Virus record (IMG/VR): IMGVR_UViG_3300044635_002180
Location: 1-64,000 of that record
Reading direction: 5' to 3' (one strand)
Length of the DNA: 64,000 bases
Origin: a virus
The notes under the pieces were generated by a model. It was not told where the DNA came from, ran no database searches, and was given only the letters and a program-made list of their open reading frames with translations. Within the stretch, counting starts at the first letter, position 1, and each line of letters starts with the position of its first letter. This document shows, one piece after another, positions 27,346-37,500 of the stretch. A program made the translations under genes and the position numbers.

Positions 27346-27801
27346 ATGAATAGAGAACTAAAATTCCGCATTTGGGATAAACAATATAAAAAGTGGATAG
27401 AAAACAGCAGCAGTCTTCACTGCTTTAGCAATTGGACAATTTGCCCGTTCACAGGTAATCTTGTTGATTATGTTGGAGCCTTTGGCTGTGACAACTTCAC
27501 AGCTTCTCCTGCTCATGGTTATTACTTTGAAGGGGTAGAAGTCGTCAGAGAGCCACGCTATGTCATTCAGCAATACACTGGACTAGAAGATAAAAATGGA
27601 ACTCCCATTTTCGAAGGTGATTTGGTGAAAGCATATTTTAAAACCGAAGAAATCGGTGATATTACTTTTGACCGAGCGGGATTTTGTTTTAACTCCAAGT
27701 CCTTAAACGGAACATTCTTAGGAATTGTGGAGAGCGGTTTTCCTATTGAAGTTGTAGGAAATATTTTTGAGAACCGTGAACTAATTAAAAACAATGAGTG
27801 A
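27346..27801 (+). CDS. YopX family protein
   Basis: MNRELKFRIWD...QYTGLEDKNG..IFEGD...EVVGNIFEN.EL. Confidence 0.9.
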   Translation: MNRELKFRIWDKQYKKWIENSSSLHCFSNWTICPFTGNLVDYVGAFGCDNFTASPAHGYYFEGVEVVREPRYVIQQYTGLEDKNGTPIFEGDLVKAYFKTEEIGDITFDRAGFCFNSKSLNGTFLGIVESGFPIEVVGNIFENRELIKNNE

Positions 27802-27810
27802 AGAAATTAT

Positions 27811-28071
27811 ATGATTCCAATCAAAGACAAAAAATACATGCTCAACTGTCAAGGCCCATACGACTATAACAGATATGCAGGTGATGAAAAAGAGACATTG
27901 CATTTCGGTCCATTTGGTCTTGAAGATGTACCTGTTACTCTCACAGACATTTATATTCCATACAAAATTGGCTGCGGATTAGGTGGTGCTGATTGGAGCA
28001 TTGTACAAGAAATTATTCACAAAACATTTGAGAAGAGCAAAAACGACGTCTATATTTGCAAATATGAATAA
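27811..28071 (+). pseudogene. chimeric ORF carrying only the C-terminal part of a macro (ADP-ribose-binding) domain
   Basis: IYIPYKIGCGLGGADW..V..II is the macrodomain C-terminal loop; the N-terminal GD/NC motifs are absent. Confidence 0.55.
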
Positions 28072-28318
28072 TACTAAAACCATCAAATGTTCATGCTATC
28101 ATGAAATGCTTCACCTTGAATGGGTTGAAGATCTCAATGTACTTGATATGTCTATTTGGGCTCCTTATAGCACAGATACAAGAATGTCATGGAAACAGAG
28201 GCTGCGGTATTGTTGGAGAATTTTAACGCATGGCAAGCCTTATGGTGATCAGCTTGTTTTGGAAAAGAACCATATTGCAGATCTAGTCGATTTTCTAATA
28301 AGCGTACAAAATCGCTGA
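28064..28318 (+). CDS. hypothetical protein
   Basis: ORF. Confidence 0.55.
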   Translation: MNNTKTIKCSCYHEMLHLEWVEDLNVLDMSIWAPYSTDTRMSWKQRLRYCWRILTHGKPYGDQLVLEKNHIADLVDFLISVQNR

Positions 28319-28361
28319 GAGTGCTGCATTTAAATTGATGTTGATGTGCATAAATACATGC

Positions 28362-31300
28362 ATGTTAAACTTTCTTTTAGAGAATTACATCAGAAAACGT
28401 ACCAGATTATCAAAAGATCAGAGCTTTATTCGTGATATTTATAATCAATTCAGTGATGCGTTTGATGAAGAGCTGAATGCTGAAGAGTTTGTTGATAAAA
28501 TTGCGGAACTTTATGATCCAACTTATGAATTAACAAGCCCAGAACACAAGGGCATTTACATTGATTACATCATAGATAATCTCAAGCGCAATGTAATTCA
28601 GTTTGATCAAGCAAGTCAGCAAAAAACTCGCCGCATTCTCAAACAATACAATGAGGATCAAACTGGCGGCAGTCCAATGCTCAGCAAAGACTTGCAGCGT
28701 GCATATAGAAATATTACACCTGATCTGGAAAATGCCGCAAAAGATTTGGAAAATTACAACAAACAGGAAGTTATAAGCAGTCCTGAGTTTGAAACATTTT
28801 ACAGACAAGAAAGCAGTGGTGCCTTTGGTGGCCAGAATCAATCTGCTTTTTTTGAGGTTTTGGCGCGATTGTTTGATCCTTCACCAGATCAACGATACAT
28901 GAGATACATTGTTTATAATCTCACGCCACATGATTACATTGCAACTGTCAAAGAAGGAAAAAAAGAACAAAGAACAAGAACACCCAGCATTACCAAAGAA
29001 GATGGTCCTTTTGTAAAAAGTCTTCTCACTGCTCACATGGAGCAGGTGAATTTGGGCAATACCAAAATCAAGCGAGATGTCATGCGCTTTTATAGAGACA
29101 TCAGACCAATGCTGGTTGATGTTATAAAGCCTTACATACCAGTATACAACACAACAACAGAAATATCACAATCACTTGAATTGACCAAGGAATTTTTCAA
29201 AGAGAAAATTGGTGATCCCATTTACACAAATAATTCCAATTTATATTATTTGCTGCAAGATGTTTCTGATGCAAAAAAAGTTATTCAAGTAAAAACAAGT
29301 CAAGAGTTTGCCACTGTGCAGCGCCACTGCACAGGATATTGGTGCCTGCCCACCATAAGTTCGTATTTTCCATCTTGGATTTCCTTGGATGTGTATGGCT
29401 TTGTTGATTATGCTGTTGTACCAAAACCGCAATCAGGTTTTGTTAGCGGTGAAATTAAAAACAGACTCAACAATGCTGGACAAGGTGCGCCAATATTCAA
29501 AGCCAATGCAACTGATTATGAATCTCTGTTGGACTTTATGCTCAACAGCCCTGTTAGCAACATTGTAGCAACTCCATTCAAAAAGTTAGATATTTCTGAA
29601 ACTTTTAGTAGTTCATATGCCAATGATTATGCCATCTTTTTAGCAAGATCACCAGACATTGAAACAGTCAATGCTCTTGCTAATAAAAACTATGCTGACG
29701 CAAATGATTATCTGAGAGATGTGTTCAATATAACACCAGCAACAACCAAAGATTTGATGAGTTATCAAGCTTATGTTTTGCCAAAGTACATTATGTTTCA
29801 GCGCATTTTCAGCAAAATGCCAGATAATTATCCATTGTTTGAACAATTCAAAGGCAAAGCTGAAGGAGTTACAACTGGTACAATTTTAGATTATAGTCAG
29901 CTGGCCACAGGCTTGTTTGATGATTGGAAAAACAAATTGCAAGCATTTGTGAATGCATTCTTAAAAGATGCAAATGCATCTTTGCTTGATGCCAACAATT
30001 TAAAAGCCTTTGCATCAAGTTTTTCATATGCCAATGCCAACACAATAAAAACTTTGTTTCCAGAAAAATTCAACAAAGTATGCAGTGCATTGACAAAAAA
30101 AGTGCAGGATAGCACCATTCGCTTTGAAGGTGCATCTACATATGGCCGCGTGCGTGTATTCCTTGCTGATGTTTTGAGTGAAACCACAAACTACATCAAC
30201 AAAGATTTGCGAGATGCTTTATCAGCAAGCTTTGCTGATTACCTCAAAACTGGTGGCTTGCAAATGATGCAATGGAAAGCAGATGAAGGTGGTGATGAGC
30301 AGGTTTTAGAAAAATTAGCTGAACTTGTTAAATCAAATGTTTCAGACAAAGCAAAAGTCAACATCATTGGCATATACATGCAAATGCTTGATGATGTTTT
30401 GGATAATGAAGCACATCAGCGCAGCAGCAATGCAATTGCCGCACGCGCCAATGCAATATTGGAATCAATGAAACGATCTGCCGGTTACTTTGCAGTTGAT
30501 CAAAGTTCCATTGCACTGGCTGTTGCTAAATCATTGGAAAAACAAATTGCAAACAATGTGCCTTTGAGTGATGCTTTGTTTCAAGCCATTTATAAAACAT
30601 TTGCAGATGTTTATGTTGCAAAAATAAAAGCAATTAATGCACAAGCACCAAATTTTGTGCAGCGCATTGCTGTTTGTTTTCCAAAATCATCTCGCAGACC
30701 TCCCAATACTGCAGCACTGCTTTACCCAAATGCAGTCAATATTTCCAATGTTTATGTTAGTGTGGTGTTGAGAAACAAAGATTTGACAAGCTTTTTAAAA
30801 ACACCATTGGAATACAAAGATGCAGAAGATATTCAAGTGCGCAGTGGCAATCAAACATGGGATATAAACCATGGAGCTGTGGGCATGCATTATTTCTTTT
30901 ACAAGCAAAATCCATCATGGTCTGCAATTGAGCATTTGTTATCACTTGCAGCAAGTGATAACAGAGATGCAAGCAAAGCATCATTTGCACAGCAGTATTT
31001 GGTAGTGGTGAGAGATTGCCTTAATAAACTTGTGAGCACCTTTGATGCAAAGCCCATAGGATTGTATTTCAGACCATTCAGTTACTTGGCACGCAATGCT
31101 AATCAAATATTGAGTGAATACAAACAAAACAGAAGCAAATTTGATCAATTTGCTTTTATAATTACATTGAAGTTAAACAATGATAAGATCGTTGCCATCA
31201 GCGACCGCGGTCGTGTTATGCATGTTAGTCCTGCTGGTACATTGCGAATTTCCACATATGATGATTTTGCTGATGATCAAGTGCAAGCTGAAAATCGCAC

Positions 31301-31373
31301 ATTAAAAATTAAAAATTTCAATGTTTTATTTGAACGAGTCAATTCATACAATAAATTAATTGATGCAAGATGA
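28362..31373 (+). CDS. large late orphan protein (1003 aa), possible internal head protein
   Basis: TAAATA at 28351-28356, 5 nt before ATG; N-terminus MLNFLLE. Confidence 0.8.
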   Translation: MLNFLLENYIRKRTRLSKDQSFIRDIYNQFSDAFDEELNAEEFVDKIAELYDPTYELTSPEHKGIYIDYIIDNLKRNVIQFDQASQQKTRRILKQYNEDQTGGSPMLSKDLQRAYRNITPDLENAAKDLENYNKQEVISSPEFETFYRQESSGAFGGQNQSAFFEVLARLFDPSPDQRYMRYIVYNLTPHDYIATVKEGKKEQRTRTPSITKEDGPFVKSLLTAHMEQVNLGNTKIKRDVMRFYRDIRPMLVDVIKPYIPVYNTTTEISQSLELTKEFFKEKIGDPIYTNNSNLYYLLQDVSDAKKVIQVKTSQEFATVQRHCTGYWCLPTISSYFPSWISLDVYGFVDYAVVPKPQSGFVSGEIKNRLNNAGQGAPIFKANATDYESLLDFMLNSPVSNIVATPFKKLDISETFSSSYANDYAIFLARSPDIETVNALANKNYADANDYLRDVFNITPATTKDLMSYQAYVLPKYIMFQRIFSKMPDNYPLFEQFKGKAEGVTTGTILDYSQLATGLFDDWKNKLQAFVNAFLKDANASLLDANNLKAFASSFSYANANTIKTLFPEKFNKVCSALTKKVQDSTIRFEGASTYGRVRVFLADVLSETTNYINKDLRDALSASFADYLKTGGLQMMQWKADEGGDEQVLEKLAELVKSNVSDKAKVNIIGIYMQMLDDVLDNEAHQRSSNAIAARANAILESMKRSAGYFAVDQSSIALAVAKSLEKQIANNVPLSDALFQAIYKTFADVYVAKIKAINAQAPNFVQRIAVCFPKSSRRPPNTAALLYPNAVNISNVYVSVVLRNKDLTSFLKTPLEYKDAEDIQVRSGNQTWDINHGAVGMHYFFYKQNPSWSAIEHLLSLAASDNRDASKASFAQQYLVVVRDCLNKLVSTFDAKPIGLYFRPFSYLARNANQILSEYKQNRSKFDQFAFIITLKLNNDKIVAISDRGRVMHVSPAGTLRISTYDDFADDQVQAENRTLKIKNFNVLFERVNSYNKLIDAR

Positions 31374-31456
31374 ACATGAACACATTGCCTTTTTAATTTT
31401 GTTTGCAGCAGCATGCATTAGTGTTGCAATTGCAATGCAACAAATTAAATGCATCC

Positions 31457-32335
31457 ATGATTCTGCTCCTTGGTGCGACTGGTTATGTTGGTAAAGCTTT
31501 TGAAAAATACTTCAAGAGCAATGACATTAATTTTTTAACTTACAGCATTAGATTTCCACTCAACACAAATGAGCTTAGAAAAGTTTGTTTGCGCAACAAA
31601 GTTTCAGCAATTTATAATTGTGCAGCTTATGTGGGCAAGCCCAATGTGGATGCATGTGAATTGAACAAAGATGCAGCACTCATGGCCAATGCATTTCTGC
31701 CACAACAGTTGCGCAAGTTTTGCAATGATTATGCAATAAGTTTGTTGCACGTATCATCTGGATGCATTTTTACAGATGATGCTTGTGATCAAGCACATGC
31801 ACCAACTCGAGAATTCACTGAAAAAGATAAACCAAATTTTTGTTTTGATTCATCAAAATATTCATGGTACAGTGGCACCAAAGCTTTGGGCGAACAATTG
31901 ATCGAAAAAGATTACAATGTCACCATTGTTAGATTGCGAATTCCTTTTGATGGTGAAAATGATGATCGCAATTACATAACAAAAATCATCAGGTACCCTG
32001 TTTTGTTGAATGCAACAAACTCTTTTTCACAACTCAATGAATTTGTTGCAGCTGCACACAAATTACGACACACACCAGGCATTTTTAATTTGACGCAGCC
32101 CGGTTATTTGACCACCAAGCAGGTGATTGAAATGCTAATCAAACACAATCTGACAACCAGCAAGCTATATTTTAAAAACATTGAGGATTTTGAAAAAACA
32201 GTGGCAACACCACGCAGCAATTGTGTACTTGATAGCTCCCTTGCTATTCGCACCGGCATCAATCTTACACCCATTGAAGATGCAATGCAACTGGCCATTG
32301 ATGAATACGCTTTTAATTTAAAACAACATGCATAA
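31457..32335 (+). CDS. NDP-4-keto-6-deoxyglucose 3,5-epimerase/4-reductase (RmlD-like SDR of the bifunctional UER1/NRS-ER type)
   Basis: GATGYVG, NCAAYVGKPNVDACE, SSGCIF, YSGTK, LRIPF, RNYITK..RY. Confidence 0.8.
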   Translation: MILLLGATGYVGKAFEKYFKSNDINFLTYSIRFPLNTNELRKVCLRNKVSAIYNCAAYVGKPNVDACELNKDAALMANAFLPQQLRKFCNDYAISLLHVSSGCIFTDDACDQAHAPTREFTEKDKPNFCFDSSKYSWYSGTKALGEQLIEKDYNVTIVRLRIPFDGENDDRNYITKIIRYPVLLNATNSFSQLNEFVAAAHKLRHTPGIFNLTQPGYLTTKQVIEMLIKHNLTTSKLYFKNIEDFEKTVATPRSNCVLDSSLAIRTGINLTPIEDAMQLAIDEYAFNLKQHA

Positions 32336-33326
32336 AAATATCTTAATAACAGGTGGTTGTGGTTTCATTGGATCACATTTTGTTCAGCTTGCCAAACAAA
32401 ACTTTGAAACAGTTGTGGTGCTTGATGCTCTCACGTATGCAGCCATCAATGCACCTGCAGCTTTATCAGTCAAGACTCTTTGCTGTGTAGATAATATTCA
32501 TTACTACAAGGGCAGCATCAACAATTCACAATTGGTAGAAATGTTGCTACAGCAACACAACATTGACGTGGTTGTAAATTTTGCTGCTGAATCACATGTT
32601 GATAACAGCATCAGCAATTGCATGCCCTTCATTGAAACCAATGTAACAGGAGTTGCTGCATTGTTGGATGCATGTTCTAGAACATGGAGCAATGAGTTCT
32701 CCCACAAGCGCTTCATTCAAGTATCAACAGATGAGGTGTTTGGTTCTCTAACAGGAGAACAAGAGAGCTTCAAAGAGACAACACCATATGCACCACGCAA
32801 TCCTTATTCAGCTAGCAAAGCTGCAGGAGATCATTTGGTTGATGCATATGTGAATACTCATGGCTTTCCTGCCATCATCACTCATTGCTGCAACAATTAC
32901 GGACCAGGTCAGCATAATGAAAAATTGCTGCCCAAAGTCATTGGCAACATTTATCTTCACAATCAAATTCCAGTTTATGGTGATGGTGAAAATTACCGTG
33001 AATGGATTCATGCTGCAGATCATTGCACTGGAATTTTAGCAGCCATCAAGAATGGTAAAATTGGTGAGCATTATAATCTTGGCACTGGCTATGAAATTTC
33101 CAACATTGAACTCATCAAGAAAATTTGCCATTTAATGAATGCCAATCACCGCGCATTGATCAAGTTTGTGCCAGATAGGCCAGGACATGACAAACGCTAC
33201 AGCATTGACAGCACCAAAGCAAGAACACAGCTTGCATGGCAGCCCAAAATAAACTTTGAAGATGGTTTGCAGCAAAGCATAAAATGGTTTTGCAAAAGCA
33301 AAATTTGCTCAGCAACAGAATTTTAA
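32328..33326 (+). CDS. rmlB: dTDP-glucose 4,6-dehydratase
   Basis: TGGCGFIGSHF, DALTYA, FAAESHVDNSI, STDEVFG, PYSASKA, NNYGP, DRPGHD.RY. Confidence 0.95.
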   Translation: MHKNILITGGCGFIGSHFVQLAKQNFETVVVLDALTYAAINAPAALSVKTLCCVDNIHYYKGSINNSQLVEMLLQQHNIDVVVNFAAESHVDNSISNCMPFIETNVTGVAALLDACSRTWSNEFSHKRFIQVSTDEVFGSLTGEQESFKETTPYAPRNPYSASKAAGDHLVDAYVNTHGFPAIITHCCNNYGPGQHNEKLLPKVIGNIYLHNQIPVYGDGENYREWIHAADHCTGILAAIKNGKIGEHYNLGTGYEISNIELIKKICHLMNANHRALIKFVPDRPGHDKRYSIDSTKARTQLAWQPKINFEDGLQQSIKWFCKSKICSATEF

Positions 33327-33328
33327 TT

Positions 33329-34111
33329 ATGATGCATCAAAATAAAAAATCGCATCGTGGCATTATTTTAGCTGGTGGAAATGGCACACGTTTGCACCCC
33401 CTGACACTTGCAGTGAGCAAGCAATTGTTGCCAGTTTACAAATATCCAATGATTTGTTATCCCATCAACACATTGATGCAGATGAACATCAAAGACATCA
33501 TGATCATCACCATGCCAGATCAGCAGCATTTGTTTGAAAAAGCATTGCGCAAAATCATTGATGACAATGACTTGAACATAACATTTGCTGTTCAACATGA
33601 GCCCAAAGGGTTGCCAGAAGCATTCATCATTGCTGAACAATGGCTTGATGGTTGTGATGCAGTATTGATTCTTGGAGACAACATCATCATTAATCATGAT
33701 GCAATTGAAATGGACTGCAACAGCATCTATACTTTTCCAGTGCAACATCCAGAACGGTATGGTGTTGTCACATGCAAGCCCAATGGTTGCATTGATGAGT
33801 TGATTGAAAAGCCGCAGCAGTTTATAAGCAAAGATGCAGTCATAGGAATGTATGCTTTGAGCAATGCTGCATGTCAAAGAGCCAAGCTTTTAAAACCTTC
33901 CAAAAGAAATGAATTGGAAATAGTTGATTTGATAAGAGACATGGATACATTTGACTCACAGGTGAAAGTGAAAAAGCTCAATGGATTTTGGTTTGATGCT
34001 GGCAATCATGATGATTTGCTGGATTGTGCAAATCTTGTGAGAACCATTGAACAACGCAGCAGCAAGCCTGTGATACAACTCAAATATGAAAAGATGCACA
34101 ATAACATATGA
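33329..34111 (+). CDS. rmlA: glucose-1-phosphate thymidylyltransferase
   Basis: GIILAGGNGTRLHPLT...SKQLLPVY, LILGDN, EKP, S.R.ELEI, WFDAG. Confidence 0.93.
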   Translation: MMHQNKKSHRGIILAGGNGTRLHPLTLAVSKQLLPVYKYPMICYPINTLMQMNIKDIMIITMPDQQHLFEKALRKIIDDNDLNITFAVQHEPKGLPEAFIIAEQWLDGCDAVLILGDNIIINHDAIEMDCNSIYTFPVQHPERYGVVTCKPNGCIDELIEKPQQFISKDAVIGMYALSNAACQRAKLLKPSKRNELEIVDLIRDMDTFDSQVKVKKLNGFWFDAGNHDDLLDCANLVRTIEQRSSKPVIQLKYEKMHNNI

Positions 34112-34295
34112 TGATGTGGCTTTTTGGGCTGAAAATGCAGCTCATGCACATAAATTCATCATTGTCAAAAAACAATGCGAAAAACTCATGGGAATGACTA
34201 CCAAAAAGCCCAGTGCAGAGCAATTGAGTGAATTTGGCAAACGATACTGCATCATTTGGAATGCAGATGATTCTTTTGATTTGATGCCCATATGA
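34086..34295 (+). CDS. hypothetical protein
   Basis: ORF. Confidence 0.5.
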   Translation: MKRCTITYDDVAFWAENAAHAHKFIIVKKQCEKLMGMTTKKPSAEQLSEFGKRYCIIWNADDSFDLMPI

Positions 34296-34543
34296 TGGAA
34301 GCAATTGGATGGCTTGGAAGCATGTTGTTTGCATTTTGTGCATTGCCACAAATGCTCATGGTTTTGCAGCAAAAACACGCTCGTGGATTGAGTTGGGGCT
34401 TTTTGAACATGTGGTTTTGGGGTGAAATCTTTTGCTTCATTTATGTTTACAATCAACCAGCATTGCAAATTCCACTGCTTGCCAATTATATTTTGAACTT
34501 TATTATGCTGCTAATCATAATTTGGTACAAATATAAAGATTAA
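34292..34543 (+). CDS. PQ-loop / SemiSWEET-like three-TM transporter
   Basis: IGWLG...F..ALPQ....K.A.GLS; three TM helices; PL.AN. Confidence 0.8.
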   Translation: MMEAIGWLGSMLFAFCALPQMLMVLQQKHARGLSWGFLNMWFWGEIFCFIYVYNQPALQIPLLANYILNFIMLLIIIWYKYKD

Positions 34544-34581
34544 TAATTGAAGGCCGCGCTGCACGACTAAATAACCACAAA

Positions 34582-37500
34582 ATGGTCATTGAAGTCGCAA
34601 AACATAATGCAAGCATAGTTGATGTAGGGCCGAGCGTAATTGCTTGCAGCAACATAACTGAAGCATTTCTTGATGTTTTTAACATTGATTATGGCAAGGA
34701 TTTTGCCATAATCAAGCAAGCGCATACATACATCAACAACAATCCAATCATCAAGGTGGATGTGGTTGTCAAAGATCAACTTTACAAAGATGTAGAATTT
34801 ATTCTCATCAAAAGCGAGCAGCAAGGCATATTCATCAACGAAAACTCGCTTGTTGATGGAATTTTAATTGAGCAGCATCAATTGCAAGAAATTGCTGAAG
34901 AAGATGCAACGGTTGTTGATTGCATTGCTGAGCAAATGGCAGCAGTTGTGGATAATGTTGTTGTTGATGAATCCACCACCATTGATGTTGTGGATCTCAA
35001 GCAACAAGCCAAATTGCAGCAACAAAACAAAATTGCTCAACATTTGCACACAATTCAAGAAGAATTGTCTGATCAAGTAAGTTTTGAATTGCAGCAAACC
35101 AAGCAATCAATATTAACTGAAGCGCTCAATTTGCAAAACAAGCTTCAGCAAGATGGCATTGAGCTGGTGCAGCAAAGCATTGAGATGTTTAGGCAGCAGC
35201 TCAGAGATTGGGCTTTGTCCACAGAGCACCATTTGACTGCTTATGCAGAAGAAGCCATTGCTGATGTTGAACATCAGTGGACTGAAAAATGCGTTCAATT
35301 GCTTGATGAAAACAAAGAGAAATCATTGCAGCATTTGCAGCAGGATATTTCCATTGCAACCATCAACAGCATGGCTGCAATCAAAGAGAAACTCAGCGTA
35401 GAAATTGCAAATCACCTAAAAATGGTGGATGAAAGCAATGCTAAAAAAGATGCTGACATTGATGCATTTGTTCAAATGCAGATTAGCCAATTGCACGGGC
35501 AAATTGAGCAATCTCAAATGCAAAAATTTGATGCAAAAGTTGCTGAACTGTTGATTAAACAGCACGATTGGTTGCAGCAAAATATAAATGAAACAACTGA
35601 TGCTTATGATGAAAAAGTTGGTCAAATGTCCAATGAGATCAACAAAGTGGTTGCAGCAGCATCAACTGATGTTGTGGATTGCATAAAAAATGCAGATGCA
35701 ACCATTGCAGAAAAAATTCAAAATGCACTGCAGCAGCTCGATGCAACAGCGCAGCAATTGCATGAACAGCGCATGCAAAGCATTGAGCAAAGTGTTGCAC
35801 AGGTGCTCAAAGACAACATTGCTGAAGAACAAACTGATGTAATTTCTGAAGCACGCTCTTCAGCACGCAATGCTGTGCGTGATGCTCTTGCATCTTATAA
35901 GTCAGATGTGAGCAAAGATTTGAATGCTCAATTGATGAACATTCAAAAGGAATTGCATGCAAAAATGCAAATCTATATTCAATCATATGGTGGCGGTGGT
36001 TCTGTAGCCATGCAGTTTGCAGATGGAGGCACCATGAATGGAACATTGAATGTGTCCAATGGTCAGATCTTGTCTGCTGGCGTGGACTTGGCTGATATTT
36101 TTTCTCAAAGCAGCGGTGGCTCTCAGACACTGTCTTTTAATGAAAGCACTGCACAGCTCACCATTGCTCCAAATGGCAATACTGTTTCTCTTTCAGCTTT
36201 GAGTGGCGGTGGTGCAATTGCTGCTGGCAACTACTTGCCTCTGTCTGGCGGCACAATTGCTGGCAGCGTTACAATCACTAATACTTTGTCAACAACAACA
36301 TTGTATGCCACATCTGCATACATGACCATAATTGATATTACACAATATGAATTGTCTGGCTTCAACGTAACAGGTGATGTAACAGTGAATGGTACATTGA
36401 GTAGCTCGCAGATAATTTATGCTGACAGCGGCAACAGCAATAAATGGAGTTCAGTATATTCAACTGTTAATGCAAATAGTGCTACAACTTGGAACTATCA
36501 AGGAGCAGATGTTAAAGCACTTACAGCAAATTGGCAAGGCACTTATTCAACCGTTAACACTAATAGCGCAGCATGGGGCATAGATAATACCACTGATGCT
36601 GAAGTTAGAGCTTTAACAGCAAATTGGCAGAGCACATATTCAACTGTTCAAACAAATAGCGCAGGCTGGATTCAAACACTTGTGTTTGATGAAAGCAATG
36701 CACAGCTGTCCATTTCAGGAGGTAATACCATATCATTATCATCACTTGATGGTGGCTATGCTGATAGATTGGTTAATGGCTCTTATCAAGTAATGTTGAG
36801 TAGTGATGGCATTGTTAATATTCCAGGCACTTTGACTGTGCCAAATTTAACTGGTGGTAAAATTATCACTGCATCACCTTTTGATGATATATCAAGTTTT
36901 TATGGTTTGACAGGTATACCTGTTAGTCAAAATGGTGTTGATGGTACCATTGATATAAGCAGCGTTGGGGTAGTTACTGTATCAAATCAGGGTAAAAATT
37001 ATACAGATGGGGTAGCCATTATAGGTGGTGGTACAAGAATTTTAATTACCACAACATTGTATGGTTGGATATTTAGCCCAGATGGCTCAATTACATTTCC
37101 TGATAATACAATACAAACTACTGCTTTTATTGCAGGTGAGCCATTGTTTACCACATGGGCGCAGACTTATTCTGCCAATTATGATTCAACATACACAACA
37201 GTCAATGCCAATTCTGCATCATGGGGAGGTGGTAGTACGATTGATACTGGTGTACGAGCATTAACTTCAAATTGGCAAAACACCTACACAAGTTTTAGCA
37301 CACAAAGCGCTAACAATATATCAACTTACACAACAGTCAATGCTAACTCTGCATCATGGGGTGCAAGCACAGGTGTAAGTTATTTGTCTGCACTCAATGA
37401 TGTTAGTATTCCTGCTCCTGTTAATGGTCAGGTATTAACATACAATGCAATTTTAAATAAATGGACTGCAGGAACACCTTTATCAGCAACAGGTGCTACT

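Noticed and set aside
31374-31456. TGCA-dense intergenic stretch as an operator array or ncRNA
   Set aside because: No fixed period or stable stem; explained by the general TGCA enrichment
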